Positions 37,368 through 51,937 of a stretch of 64,000 nt of DNA are shown piece after piece. Position numbers and translations under genes: made by a program. Origin of the DNA: the human T2T-CHM13v2.0 reference genome, Homo sapiens; assembly GCF_009914755.1 (NCBI RefSeq), contig NC_060947.1. The stretch is one strand, 5' to 3'. Position 1 is the first letter of the stretch; every line of letters starts with the position of its first letter. A model generated the notes under the pieces. It had not been told where the DNA came from and searched no databases. It worked only from the letters and a program-made list of their open reading frames with translations.

Positions 37368-40048
37368 GCATATAAACAAAAACCAGGAAAGAGCAGGATA
37401 GTAGCTAAATTTATATCAGATAAAGTAGATTTCAAGACAAAAACTAAAAGAAGAGACAAATAATATAGTTATAAATCCATCAATTTGGCATGAGGAAATA
37501 ACAATTGTAAATATGCATGCATCCAACACTACAGCACCAAAATATATAAAGCCAGTATTATTAGAGCTAAAGAGAGAGACTCCAATACAATAATAGCTGG
37601 AGACCTTAGCACCACACTTTCAGCATTGGACTTTACATGTACAGTACATCTACATATACATATACATGTACAGTAGGTACATATAAAATAATATACCTAG
37701 GAATAAACTTAACCAAAGAAGTAAAATACCTCTACAATGGAACCTATATAACATTAATGCAAGAAATTGAATAGGACACACAAAAAAATGGAAAGATATT
37801 CCACGTTCATGAATTGGAAGAATCAATATTGTTAAAATGTTTGTACTACCCAAAGTAATCTATAGATTAAATGCACCCCTCCTCTAACAAAATGCAATGA
37901 CATAAATGCTTTCAGACAGAAAATCAATGAAAAAACATCAAACTTAATCTGTACTATAGACCAAGTGGACCTAATAGATATTTATAGAACATTTTATCCA
38001 ACAGCTCCAGAGTACACATTTTTCTCCTCAGCACATGGATTATTCTCAAAGATAGATCATAGGTTAGGCCACAAAAAGAGTATGAAAACATTCAAAAATT
38101 GAAATATCAGCCATCTCTGACCACAATGAAATAAAACTAGAAATCAACAACAGGAGGAATTTTGGAAACTATAGAAACACATGGAAACTATATAATATAC
38201 TCTTGCATTGGGTCAATAAAGAGATTAAGAAAGAAATTGAGAAGTTTCTTGAAACTTTCAAACTCATTCTATGAGATCAGTATTACCCTGACACCAAAAC
38301 CAGACAAAGTTGCATCAAAAAAGCACAAATATAGGCCAGTATCTGATAAACATTCAGGAAAAATTCTCAACAAAGTGCTAGTAATCCAAATTCAACACCA
38401 CATTAAAATATTCATTTGTCATGACCAAGTGGGCTTCATCCCACGGATGCAAGGATGATTCAACATATGCAAATCAATCAATGTGATACATCATAACAGA
38501 ATGAAAGACAAAAACCATACGATCATTTCAAATTGATGCTGGAAAAACATTTGATAAAATCCAATATCTCTTCATGATAGAAACCTTCAAAAATCTGGGT
38601 ACAAAAGGAACATACCTCAAGATAATAAAAGCCATATGTGACAGGCACACAGCTGGTATCACACTGAGTGGGAAAAAGACTGAAAATCTTCCCTTTAATA
38701 TCTGGAACATGACAAAGATGCCCTCTTGCACCACTGTTATTCAACATAGTACTGGAATTCCTAGCTAGAGCAATGGGACAGGACAAAGAAATAACAGGCA
38801 TCCAAATTAGAATGCAAAAAGTCAAATTATCCCTGTTGCAAGATTATATCTTGATATAATCTTATATCAAGAAAAACCTAAAGAATACACAAAAAAACTA
38901 TTAGAACTGATAAACAAATTCATTATAGTTGCAGGATACAAAATCAACATACATAAATCAGTAGTACTTCTATATGCCAACAGTGAACAATCTGAAAAAG
39001 AAATTAAGAAAATAATCCCATTTACAGTAGGTACATATAAAATAATATACCTAGGAATAAACTTAACCAAAGAAGTAAAATCCCTCTACAATGGAATCTA
39101 TAAAACATGAATGCAAGAAATTGAATAGAACAACCCCCCAAAAATGGAAAGATACTCCATGTTCATGAATTGGAAAAATCAATATTGTTAAAATGTTTGT
39201 AATACCCAAAGAAATCTAGATTTAATGCACCCCTCCTCTATCAAAATGCAATGATATTGTTCATAGAAACAGATAAAACAATCCTAAAATTTGTATGGAA
39301 CCTAAAAAAAAACAAAATAGCCATAGCTATACTGAGCAAAAAAGAATAAATATGGAGGAATCACATTACCTGACTTTAAATTACACTACAGGGGTATAGT
39401 AAACAAAGCAGCATAGAATTGGCATAAAAGGAGACACATAGACCAATGAAACAGAATAGAGAACCTAGGAACAATCCATACATCTACAGTGAATTCATTT
39501 ACAACAAAGGTGCCAAGAACATACATCAGGGAACTAACAGCCTCTTCATTAAATGATGCTGGGAAAACTAGATATCCATGTGCAGAGGAATGAAACTAGA
39601 CCCTTGTCTTTTACCATATACAAAAATCAAATTAAAATGGATTAATGACTTAAATCTATAACCTCAAACTACGGAACTGCTAAAAGAAATATTTGGAGAA
39701 ACTCTCCAGGACATTGCACTGGGCAAATATTTCTTGACTGATACCCCACAGGCCCAGGAAAACAGAGCAAAAATAGAAAAATGGAATCAAATGAAGTAAA
39801 AAAGCTTCTGCACAGCAAAGGAAAAAATCAACCAACTGAAGAGACAACCCACAGAATGGGAGAAAATATTTGCAAACTACTCATCTGACAAGGGATTAAT
39901 AATCAGAATACATAAGGAGCTCAAACATCTCTATAGGAAAAAAATCTAGTTATACGATTTAACAATAAAATGGACAAAAAGTCCGAATAGATATTTCTCA
40001 AGATTTACAAAGCCAAATACGTATATGAAAAGATGCTCCACATCATAG

Positions 40049-40448
<400 letters not shown>

Positions 40449-40655
40449 TAATGGCGATAATGTGAAGGAAACAGAACACTTAGGCACTGTTGGTGGGAAT
40501 GTAAATTAATACGACCACTATGGAGAAAAGTTTAGAGGTTCCTCAAAAAACTGAAAATAGAGTTACTATATGATACAGAAATCTCACTGCTAGGTATCCA
40601 CCCAAAAGAAAGAAAATTAGTATATCATAGAGATATTTCCACTCCCATATTTATT

Positions 40656-41070
40656 TTATTTCATTTTTAAACTTTTATTTTAGGTTTGAGGACATATGTG
40701 AAGGTTTGTTACATAGGTAAACACATGTCACAGGGGTTTGTTGTACAAATTATTTTATGACCCAGGTATTAAGCCCACTATCCAATAGTTATCTTTTCTG
40801 CTCCTCTCCTGCCTCCCACTCTCCCCCATAAAGTAGACCCTGGTGTCTGTTTTTTCCTTCTTTGTGCTCATAAATTCTTATCGTTTAGCTCCCCCTTATA
40901 AGTGAGAACATGTGGTATTCAATTTTCTGTTTCTGAAAGTTTGCTAAGGATAATACCCTCCAGCTCCATCCATGTTCCTGAAAAAGACATGATTCCATTC
41001 TTTTTTATGGCTGCTTAGTATTCCATGATGTACATGTAACACATTTTCTTTATCCAACCTGCCACTGATG
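40656..41070 (-). mobile_element. L1PA13-like 3' end
   Basis: TSD CACTCCCAT(A/G)TTTATT at 40640-40655 and 41071-41086. Confidence 0.92.
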
Positions 41071-41660
41071 CACTCCCATGTTTATTGCAGCATTATTCAC
41101 ATAAGCGTTCATCAACAGACGAATGGACAAACTGTGGTACTTATACACAATGAAATACTCTTCAGCCATAATAAAGAATAAGATCCTGTCATTCGCAACA
41201 ATGTGGTTAGAAATGGAGATCATTATGTCAAGTGAAATACACCAGGCACAGAAAGACAAACTTCATATATTCTGGTTTATCTGTGGGAACTAAAAATTAA
41301 AACAATTGAATTCCTGAAGATAGAGTAGAAGGATGGCTACCAGAGGCTGGGAATAGTGCGGTTGGGGAGAAGTGGGGATGGTAAATGTGTAAAACAAATA
41401 ATTAGAAATAATTAATAAGATTAGTATTTAATAGCAAAACAGGTTGGCTGTAGTCAACAACAATTTAATTGTACATTTAAAAATAACTAAAAGGTACAGT
41501 TGGATTGTTTGTAAGACAAAGGAAAAATGCTTGAGATGATGAATACTCCATTTGCCCTTATGTGATTATGACACACTGTATTCCTGTATCAAAATACCCC
41601 ATATTCCCATAACTATATACACTTCCTATGTACAAAAAAGTGCAAAACAAAACATTTTAA

Positions 41661-42039
<379 letters not shown>

Positions 42040-42231
42040 TAATTTTTTAAATATGTACAACATTTATTTGAAAACGAAGAAAACATTACGTTAAATACTG
42101 AAAGTCAAGGGAAGCTCCACCAATGAGGACATGGTTGAGCTAAGTCATTATCAGCACTACAGCTTCAACTGGAGAAAAAATAAAACAAAATTTTTATTAG
42201 TCTCAAAGGTAATGCATTTAGCCCAAATATA

Positions 42232-43452
42232 TTTTTTAAATTTTTTTATTTCAGTAGTTTTTGGGGTACATGTGGTTTTTGGTTACATAAATAGTTCTTT
42301 AGTAGTGATTTCTGAGATTTTAGTGTACCTATCACCCAAGCCGTGTATACTGTACCCAGTATGCCGTCTTTCACGCCTTACCCCACTCCCAACCTTCCCC
42401 ACAAAGTCCCCCAAATCCATTATGTCATTCTTATGCCTTTGCCTTTACATAGTTTAGTTCCCACTTGTAAGTGAGAACATACAATACTTGGTTTTCCATT
42501 CCAGAGTTACTTCACTTAGAATAATGGCTAACAGCTCCTTCCAAGTTGCTGCAAAAGACATTATTTCATTCTTTTTTATGGCTGAGTAGTATTCCATGGC
42601 ATATGTATATACCACATATGCTTTATCCACTCATTGGTTGATGGACACTTAGGTTGTTTCTATATTTTTTCAATTGCTAATTGTGCTTCTATAAACATAC
42701 ACGTGCATGTATCTTTTTCATATAATGACTTCTTTTCCTTAGGGTAGATACCCAGTGGTGAGATTGCTGGATTGAATTGGAGCTCTACTTTTAGTTATTG
42801 AAGGAACCTCCATACTGTTTTCCATAGCAGTTGTACTAATTTACATTCCCACCAGCAGTATCAAAGTGTTCCATTTTCACCACATCCATGCCAACATCTA
42901 TTGTTTTTTGAGTTTTTAATTATGGCCATTCTTGCAGGAGTAAGGTGGTATCTCATTGTGATTTTAATTTGCATTTCCCTGATAATTAGTGATGTTGAGC
43001 ATTTTTCATGTGTGTTGGCTGTTTGTATAAGGATAGTCTATTTGTGTGCTTTGCCTACTTTTTGATGGGGTTATTTGTTTTTTTTTTTTCTTGCTAATTT
43101 GAGTTCCTTGTAGATTCGGTATATTAGCCTATTGTTGGATGCATAGCTTGTGAATAGTTTCTCCCACTCTGTGGGTTGTCTGTTTACTCTGCTGATTATT
43201 TCTTTTGCTGTGCAGAAGCTTTCTAGTTTACTTAGGTCCCATTTATTTATTTTTGTTCTTGTATTTGCTTTTGGGTTCTTAGTCATGAATTCTTTGCCTA
43301 AGCCAACGTCTAGAAGAGTTTTTTTGATGTCATCTTCTATAATTTTTATGGCTTCAGGTCTTAGATATAAGTTGATCCATCTTGAGCTGATTTTTGTATA
43401 AAGTGAGAAGTGAGGATTTATTTCTTTATTCTACATGTGGCTTGTCAATTTT
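42232..43452 (-). mobile_element. L1PB1/2-like 3' portion
   Basis: L1PB 3'UTR and ORF2 [32 protein letters not shown]. Confidence 0.9.
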
Positions 43453-43707
43453 CTAAGCAGATTAAATTAAGGACTACTTTTAGCATATGGTTTTTTGTTA
43501 GCCAACATTCTTGTCAGTAAAGACACATAGTGGGGAATAAACTCAAGGTGGGAAAAGAGTGTCTAATTGAATTTGGACCACAGCTCATCCAGCAGGGAGA
43601 TAGTCCTAGAACAAATTACGTGTAGGAAAAAATATCTAATGAAATCCCTTTCTTTAGTTTAAGCTGCAATATCTTTAAAGCCTCCAGAACAAATATATTA
43701 TTTTCTT

Positions 43708-43710
<3 letters not shown>

Positions 43711-43752
<42 letters not shown>
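43711..43752. repeat. (CA)21 microsatellite
   Basis: Direct reading; uninterrupted. Confidence 0.98.
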
Positions 43753-43753
<1 letters not shown>

Positions 43754-44614
43754 TTCTCTTCATCCAAATCTTTTCTCAGGAAAGTATTTGAAAGAATTTG
43801 AGAGCATTTCTTTTTCTATGGCTCCACATCTTCAAATTTAATTTTAATAGATATCAAAACCTTGAAGTACAAAATAAAGTTTTGGGTGTGTTTTCAACCA
43901 GATGAAAAGGAAACAACTGGGTCCGAGGGAGAAGAAAGCTTATTTAGATCTGTGAAATCACTCCATTGTAACTGTTGTCTTCCAACACAACTCTGACTTT
44001 TACCAGCTTACTGTAGGCTAAAGGCAGAGACATCAGGATATCAGATTCACCTTTTTGTGATGGTATACACTTTTTCCTACTCTGACAAAAATTCAGTTGA
44101 AGTTATAAATCTTATTCTTCATTATGAAGTTGGTAAATATGTCCTCCTGGAGACAAAGAAAACCTTTCTTTTTTTCTACCTTAAATGAATACTGAGTGAG
44201 CATCTGAAAGCATTTTTTTTTTTCCAGAAGTAGGTCTTTTGAGTACCTTAGTCTTTTGCCTTAGCTAACCTCGGCTAACCTTAAAATTTCAGTGTAAATT
44301 TTGTTACTAAATAGAAGTTGCTGCACTTTTAATGTGTGTGGCATCTTTCCACCAGTACTGTAGTTTAATCTTATTATAAATAGGTTTAATTGGTGACCAG
44401 TTTAACAATTGTGTAATATCTCTGGGAACAGCGAATGGAGTAGAGGGCCAGAAACTGATTTTGGTTACAGTTGACATCAAGATTGTACTTCCTCTGAGAG
44501 GAGTCCAAGTATTAATATGCAGTCAAATTGTATGGTGGGAGAGGTCTGAGGAGAGAGGAATCCAAATAGTATCTGGTATTTATGGAACACTAACAAAATC
44601 AAGGTAATGAGATT

Positions 44615-44730
44615 CCTCTCTAGGCTTTAATGTCTTAACGTGGTTCACTGATGTCCATATCTGTAAAATGGGCAGAATTTCCTGTCCCTACCTATCCGAA
44701 GAGGCTGGCTAAGAATACATGAGGTATTTG
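44615..44730 (+). mobile_element. MIR core
   Basis: ATCTGTAAAATGGG...CCCTACCT. Confidence 0.65.
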
Positions 44731-44799
44731 TGGTGTCTTTTAAAATAGGCTCTATTTATATTTAATAAGTTACTGTCATTGTAAAGGTAAGCCATAGAA

Positions 44800-45980
44800 T
44801 AAGAGTTATTTGCAATTCATATATCTGAAAGAGGATAGGTAAAGGATTCATAAAGAATACCACAGTCATAAAAAATAATGCAATAGTATTCTTTGCAGAA
44901 ACATGGATACAGCTGGAGGCCATTATCCTAAGTGAATTAATGCAGAAACAGAAAATCAAATATTGCATGTTCTCATTTATAAGTGGGAACTAACAATAGT
45001 ACCTATGAACATTAAGATGGAAATGATACTGGGGAATCCAAAACAGGGTGGGTGAGGAAAGGCGGATAGGATTGAAAAACTACCTATTGGGTACTAGGTT
45101 AAATATTCGGGTGATTGGATTCAACAGAAGCTTGATTCCCAGGATTATGCAATATACTCACATAACAAACCTGCTCATGTACCCCCCGAATCTAAATTTT
45201 AAAAAAGAATATATGAAGAACATCCACAAATCAATTTTTAAAATATGGCATACCCAATTGAAAAATGGATAAAAGATTTAAATAGGCATTTCTAAAAAGA
45301 AGATATTTTAAAAGTCAATAAATATACAAAAGATGCTCAACCTCACTAGTCATTATTGAAATGCAAATTAAAACCACAATGAGATACTACCATATATTGA
45401 CCCAGAATTGCTAAAATGAGAAAGACAGCAAATATCAGAAACAATTGGAACTCAGATAGAGGTAGTGGGAGTATAAATTCAGACAATTATTCTGGAAAAT
45501 TATCTCACAATATTGTCTAAAAGCTGAACATATGCATATCCTACAACCCAGCAATTTCACTCCTATATACTCACACAAAATAAATGATGTAACATGATTG
45601 ACACAAGACATGTACAAGAATGCTCATAGCAGTAGTATTCATAACAGTTAAACACTGGATTCAAATACCCATCAACAATATGGATAAATACATTCTAGTA
45701 AGCCAAAAAGAACACACAAAAGAGTACCTACAGTATGATTTCATTATGTGAGGTGCAAACGTAGGCAACAGTAATACATGATGTTATGAGTCAGGATGCT
45801 AGTTACCCTTTGTAAGGTATTGACTAGAAGACTTGAGGGGGCTTCTGGGATGCTAGTTTTGTTCTGTTTTTCCATCTGGGTGCTGTTACGTGGAGACACT
45901 CAATTTGTGAAAAGTAACTGGGCTGAAAACGTAAATTTTTACTTTTTTGCATATGTTATGTTTCAATACATTTTAAAAGA
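44800..45980 (+). mobile_element. L1ME-type 3' region with nested L1PB3/4-like 3' end (~44860-45203)
   Basis: ATGCAAATTAAAACCACAATGAGATAC; nested piece flanked by AAAGAATA and containing GAAAAACTACCTATTGGGTACTA. Confidence 0.82.
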
Positions 45981-46044
45981 GAATAACTGACATTTTTAGG
46001 GGGGATATCCACCACTTCAAGTATTTATCATTTCTTTGTGTTAA

Positions 46045-46372
<328 letters not shown>

Positions 46373-46892
46373 TTACTTATTTTTATAAAATAAATTATTA
46401 TTGACTGTAGTCACTGTTTTACTATCAAATACTACACTTCATTCATTCTATCTAACTGTGTGTTGGCACCTATTAACCATTCCCAATTCACCCCACACCC
46501 ACTACACTTCCCAGCCTCTGGTAACCATCCATCTACTCTCTATCTCCATGAGTTCAATCGTTTTAATTTTTAGCTCCCACATATGACTGAGAACATACAA
46601 AATTTGTCTTTCTGTTCCTAGCTTATTTCATTTAACATAACATCTTCCAGTTCCATCCACACTGTTACAAATGACAAAATTTTATTTTTTATGGCTGAAT
46701 AATATTCCATTGTGTACATGTTCAACATTTTCTTTATCCATTAATGGACACTTAGGTTGATTCCAAATCTTGACTTTTGTGAATATTGGTGCAATAAATA
46801 TGTGAGTGCAGATATCTCTTTGGTATACTGATTTCCTTCCTTTTGGGTACATACTCAGCATTGGGATTGGTGGAGCATATGGTAGCTCCTTT

Positions 46893-47020
46893 ATTTTAAA
46901 AAAGCTTATTTATTTATTTAATTGTGTGTGTACGCTGTAGGTGTATATATTTATGAGGTACATGAGGTGTTTTGATACAGGCATGCAATATGAAGTAAGC
47001 ACATCATGAGGAACGAGGTG
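46893..47020 (-). mobile_element. Short L1MA1/2-like terminal fragment
   Basis: GTAGGTGTATATATTTATGAGGTACATGAG...TACAGGCATGCAAT plus T-rich tail. Confidence 0.8.
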
Positions 47021-47583
47021 TTTTAGTTTTTAGAGGAACCTCCATATTGTTCTCCATAGTGGTTGTACTGGTTTATATTCCCAACAAAAGTGTACATGTG
47101 TTTCCCTTTCTCCACAGCCTCGCCAGCATTTGTTATTGCCTGTCTTTTGGATATAAGCCGTTTTAACTGGGATGAGATGATATCTCATTGTAGTTCTGAT
47201 TTGCATTTCTCTGATGATTAGTAATATTTAGCATCTTTTCATATACCTGTTGGCCATTTGTATGTCTTCTTTTGAGAAATGTCTATTCTTTGCCTACTTT
47301 TTGATGGGATTATTTGGGCTTGTTTTCTTGTTGAGTTGTTTGAGCTTTGTATGTGTTCTGATTATTAATCCCTTGTCAGATGGGTAATTTGTAAATATTT
47401 TCTCCCAATCTGTGGTTATCTCTTCACTTTGTTGATCGTTTTCTTTGCTGTGAAGAATCTTTTTAACTTGATGTGATTCCATTTGTCCATTTTTGCTTTG
47501 GTTGCCTGTGCTTGTGGGCTATCAGTCAAGAAATCTTTGCCCCATCCAATTCTGCAGAGTTTCTCTAAGTTTTCTTTTAGTAA

Positions 47584-47969
47584 TGATATAGTCTGACTGT
47601 GTCCCCCTACAAATCTCATCTTGAACTGTAGCTCTCATAATCCCCATGTGTCTTTGGAGGGACCCGATGGGAGGTCATTGAATCATGGAGGCAGGTTTGT
47701 CCTGTGCTGTTCTCATGATAGTGAATAAGTCTCACTCATGATAGTGAATAAGTCTCAGGAGAGCTGATGATTTTATAAGGGGCAGTTCCCCTGCACAGGC
47801 TTTCTTGCCTGCTGTCATGTAAGATGCTCCTTTGCTCCTCCTTTGCCTTCCACCATGATTGTGAGGCTTCCCCAGCCATGCGGAACAGTGAGTCCAATAA
47901 ACCTCTTTTGCTTTATAAATTACTGTCTCAGGTATGTCTTCATTAGCAGCATGAAAATGAATGAATACA
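47584..47969 (+). mobile_element. THE1B-like solo LTR
   Basis: TGATATAG...GAATACA; TSD AGTAA/AGTAG. Confidence 0.92.
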
Positions 47970-50841
47970 AGTAGTTTCATAGTTTGAGGTCTTAGATTTA
48001 AGTTTGAAATCCATTTTCTTTTGGTTTTTGTATATGGTGAGAGATAGTAGTCTAGTTTCATTCTTCTGCATATGGATATCCAGTTTTCCCAGCACCATTT
48101 ACTGAAGAGACCGTCCTTTTCCTAGTGTATATTCTTGGCACCTTTGTGAAAAATGAGGTCACTGTAGATTTATGGATTCATTTCTGGGCTCTTATTCTGT
48201 ATCACTATTCTGTGTGTCTGTTTTTATGGCAGTTCTATGTTGGTTTGTTTACTATAGCTCTGTAGCATAATTTGAAGTCTGGTAATGTGATTTCTCCCAT
48301 TTTGTTCTTTGTGCTCAGGATGACTTTGGCTATTCTGGGTCTTGGGTGTTCCATCTAAATTTTAGCATTATATTTTCTATTTATGTGAAAAATATTGCTG
48401 GTATTTTGATAATGATTTCATTGAATCTGTAGATTGCGTTGGGTAGTATAGACATTTTAATAATATTAATTTCTCCTGTCCATGAACATAAAATATTTTT
48501 TTAATTTTTTTGTCCTCTTCAATTTCTTGCATCAAATTTTATGGATCTCATTGTAGTGATCTTTCACTTCTTTAGTTAAGTTTATTCTTCAGTATTTTAT
48601 TTTATTTGTAGCTAGTGTAAAAGGGATTACTTTTTATTTCTTTTTCAGACTGCTCACTGTCGGCATGTATAAATGGTGCTGATTTTTGTATGTTGATTTT
48701 GTATCATGCAACTACTTTACTGAACATATTTATCAGTTTTCTAATAGATTTTTGTTGGATTCTTTAGGTTTTTCTAGATATAAGGTTGTAGTATCTGCAA
48801 ACAAGGAAAATTTGAATTTTTCCATTCCAATTTGGATGCTCTTTATTTTTATTTCCTGTCTAATTGCTCTAGCTAGGACTTCCACTACTGTATTAAATAA
48901 CAATGATGAAAGTAGGCATTCTGCCTTGATCCAGATCTTAGAGGAAAGGCTTTCAGTTTTTCACCATTTAATACTAGTTGTGGATCTGTCATATAAGGCT
49001 TTTATTATGTTCAGGTATGTTCCTTCTATACCCAGTTTGTTGAGAGTTCTTATCATGAAGGAATGTTGAATTTTATTGAATACATTTTCAGCATCAATTA
49101 AAATATTTATATCGGTTTTGTCCTCTGTTCTATTGATATGATGTACAACATTGATTATTTTGCATATGTTGAATCATTCTTGCATCCTTGGGATAATTCT
49201 CATTTGGTCATGATGAATGACCTTTTTGTTGTGTTGTTGAATTTGGTTTCTAATGTTTTGCTGAGGATTTTTGGCAACTATTTTCATTAGAGATATTGAC
49301 CTACAGTGTTTTTTTTTGTTGTGTCCATATCTGGTTTTGCTATCAGAGTAATAGTGGCCTCATAGAATGAGTCTGAGAGTAATAGTGGCTTCATAGAATG
49401 AGTTTGGAAATATTCCCTCCACCTCAAATTTTTGGAATACTTCAAGTGGGATTAGTATTAGTTCTTTAAACGTTTGGTAGAATTTAGCAGTGAAGTCATT
49501 GGGTCCTGGGTTTTCTTTGCTGAGAGAGTTTTTATTAAGAGTTTGATCTCATTACTTGTTATTAGTCTATTCAAGTTTTTCTTCATAGCTAAATGTTGAT
49601 AGGTTTTATGTGTCTAGGAATTTATTCATATTTTCTTGATTTTCCAATTTATTGGCATACAGTTGTTCATAGTAGTCTCTAACAATCCTTCAAATTTCTG
49701 TTGTATCAGTTATAATGTCTCCTTTTTCATCTCTGCTTGTATTTATTTGGGTCTTCTCTCTTCTTAGTTTGGCTAAAAGTTTGTTGATGTTATCTTTTAA
49801 AAAGAACCAACTTTATGTTTTGTTGATCTTTTGTATTATTTTTGTTTAAATTTCATTTATTTCTGGTCTGGTCTTCATTATTTCTCCTACTAATTCAGGG
49901 TTTGGTTTGTATTCTTTTCTAGTTCTTTAAGTTGTATTGTTAAGTTGTTTATTTGAAGTTTTTCTACCTTTGATGTAGGCCCTTATTGCTGTAAACTTTT
50001 CTCTTAGTATCACCTCTGTAATATATAATAAATTTTGCTATGTTGTGTTTTCACTGTCATTTGTTTTAAGAAATTTAAATTTTTTATTTTAATTACTTTA
50101 TTGATCCACTGGTTGTTCCAGACCATATTGTTTAATTTCCATGTATTCATATAGTTTTCAAAGTTCCTCTAGTTGTATTCCATTGTGGTCATAGAAGATT
50201 CTTGACATAATTTTTCTTAAATTTTTAAGACTGTTTTGGTGTCCTAACATGGTCCATTTTTGAGAATGATTGTTGTACTGAGGAGAAAAATGCAGGTGTT
50301 GGATAAAATATTCTGTAAATACCTATTGGGTCAATTTGTTCTATGGTATTGATTAAATCTGATGTTTCTTTGTTGATTTTCTGTGCAGGCTGTTATTGTA
50401 TTGGAGTCTCTCTCTCTCTTTATCTCTAATCATATTTGCTTTATATATCTGTGTGCTCCAATGTTGAGTGCATATATATTTACAATTGTTATTTCTTCTT
50501 GCTGAATTGACTCTTTACCATTATATAATGACTTTCATTGTCTCTTTTTCCAGTTTCTGTCTTCAAATATATTTTATCTGATGTAAGTATGACTATTCCT
50601 GCTCTTTTTTGGTTTCCATTTGCATGGACTATCTTTTTCCATCCCTTTATTTTCATTCTGTGTGTGTTTTTATAGATGAAGTGAGTTTCTTGTAGCAACA
50701 TATAGTTGGATCCTTTTAAAAAATTTATTCAGCCATTCTATGTCTTTTGATGGGAGAGTTTAGTTCTTTTATATTCACTGTTGTTATGATAGGTAAGGAC
50801 TTCCTACTTCCATTTTTTAATTTGTTTTCTGGTGGATTGTG

Positions 50842-50932
50842 GTTCCTTCCTTCCTTCCTTCCTTCCCTGCTTCCCTCCCTCCCTCCCTTCCTCCCTTCCT
50901 TCCTTCCTTCCCTCCTTCCTTCTTTCCTTCCT
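50842..50932. repeat. (CCTT)n/(CCCT)n simple repeat
   Basis: Direct reading. Confidence 0.97.
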
Positions 50933-51279
50933 TTGTGTAAAAATAACTTGCTATGGTAATATGCTTTACTTTCTTCCTTTATATTTTTTTTGTTTCTGTG
51001 TTTTAGGATTTTTTATTTGAAGTTACCATGAAGCTTGCAAATAACCTCTTATAATCAAGTATTTTGAACTGATAAGAATTAAACTCTGGTTACAAAAACA
51101 ACAACAAACAAGCATAAAGAAAGCTAAGAAAGTGTCTGTGCTTTAACAAATAAAAACTGCATTTTAACTCCCATCCTGCTTTTTAACTTTTTGTTATTTT
51201 TATAAAAACCTTTTTATGTTTACACACCACAATTATGTTTTTGTCCAGAAATTAAAGATTTATTCATTAAAATTAAAAA

Positions 51280-51500
51280 CTCACCTTATTGATACAATAT
51301 CAGAAAATATTAAAGCACTTCACATATATTGACTCTTTTAATTCTCAGAAAACCCCATGAAATATTTAGTTATATTATCCTAATAATCATAATGAGGAAA
51401 CCAAAATACAAGTCATTTTGCCCAAGGTGACACAGCTCGTAGGTGCTGAGTTCTGATTTGATCTGTAGCATGCCAATTCTAGAGCCTGTGCTCTTATGTT
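51280..51500 (-). mobile_element. MIR SINE inside the transduced segment
   Basis: AGCACTTCACATATATTGACTC...AATGAGGAAAC...TTGCCCAAGGTGACACAGCT...TCTAGAGCCTGTGCTCTTA. Confidence 0.85.
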
Positions 51501-51743
51501 TATGTTTTTTTACATGAACTGGGAGACAGATTTGAGAAAATTACACCAAATGCAGGATAAAGATAACACATGTGGACAAGATATTGTTATATAAAGGATA
51601 GACTTCATGTAACAAGAAGAAAAGTCATATATTCACCTAATGGGCATTTCAGAAGGAGATATTTAGTGAAAAAGAGCAATATGCAAAAATTTATGGTTGA
51701 GAATTATCTAGGACTAATAAGATGTAAATTCAAGAAGCATGAG

Positions 51744-51937
51744 TTATTTTTTTTAATTTTGTATTTTTTTTATTATACTTTAAATTTTAGGGTACATGTC
51801 CACAACATGCAGGTTAGTTACATATGTATGCATGTGCCATGTTGGTGTGCTGCACCCAGTAACTCGTCATTTAACATTAGGTATATCTTCAAATGCTATC
51901 CCTCCCCACTCCCCACACCCCACAACAGGCCCCGGTG
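51744..51937 (-). mobile_element. Short L1PA3/4-like 3' end
   Basis: TTTTAGGGTACATG...CAGGTTAGTTACATATG...AACTCGTCATTTAACATTAGG...CAACAGGCCCCGGTG. Confidence 0.93.

Noticed and set aside
46893-47020. Idea that this piece is the displaced 3' end of the host L1MA, which lacks about that segment at ~45995
   Set aside because: Its diagnostics look L1MA1/2-like while the host 3'UTR looks L1MA3-like, so an independent short insertion is simpler.
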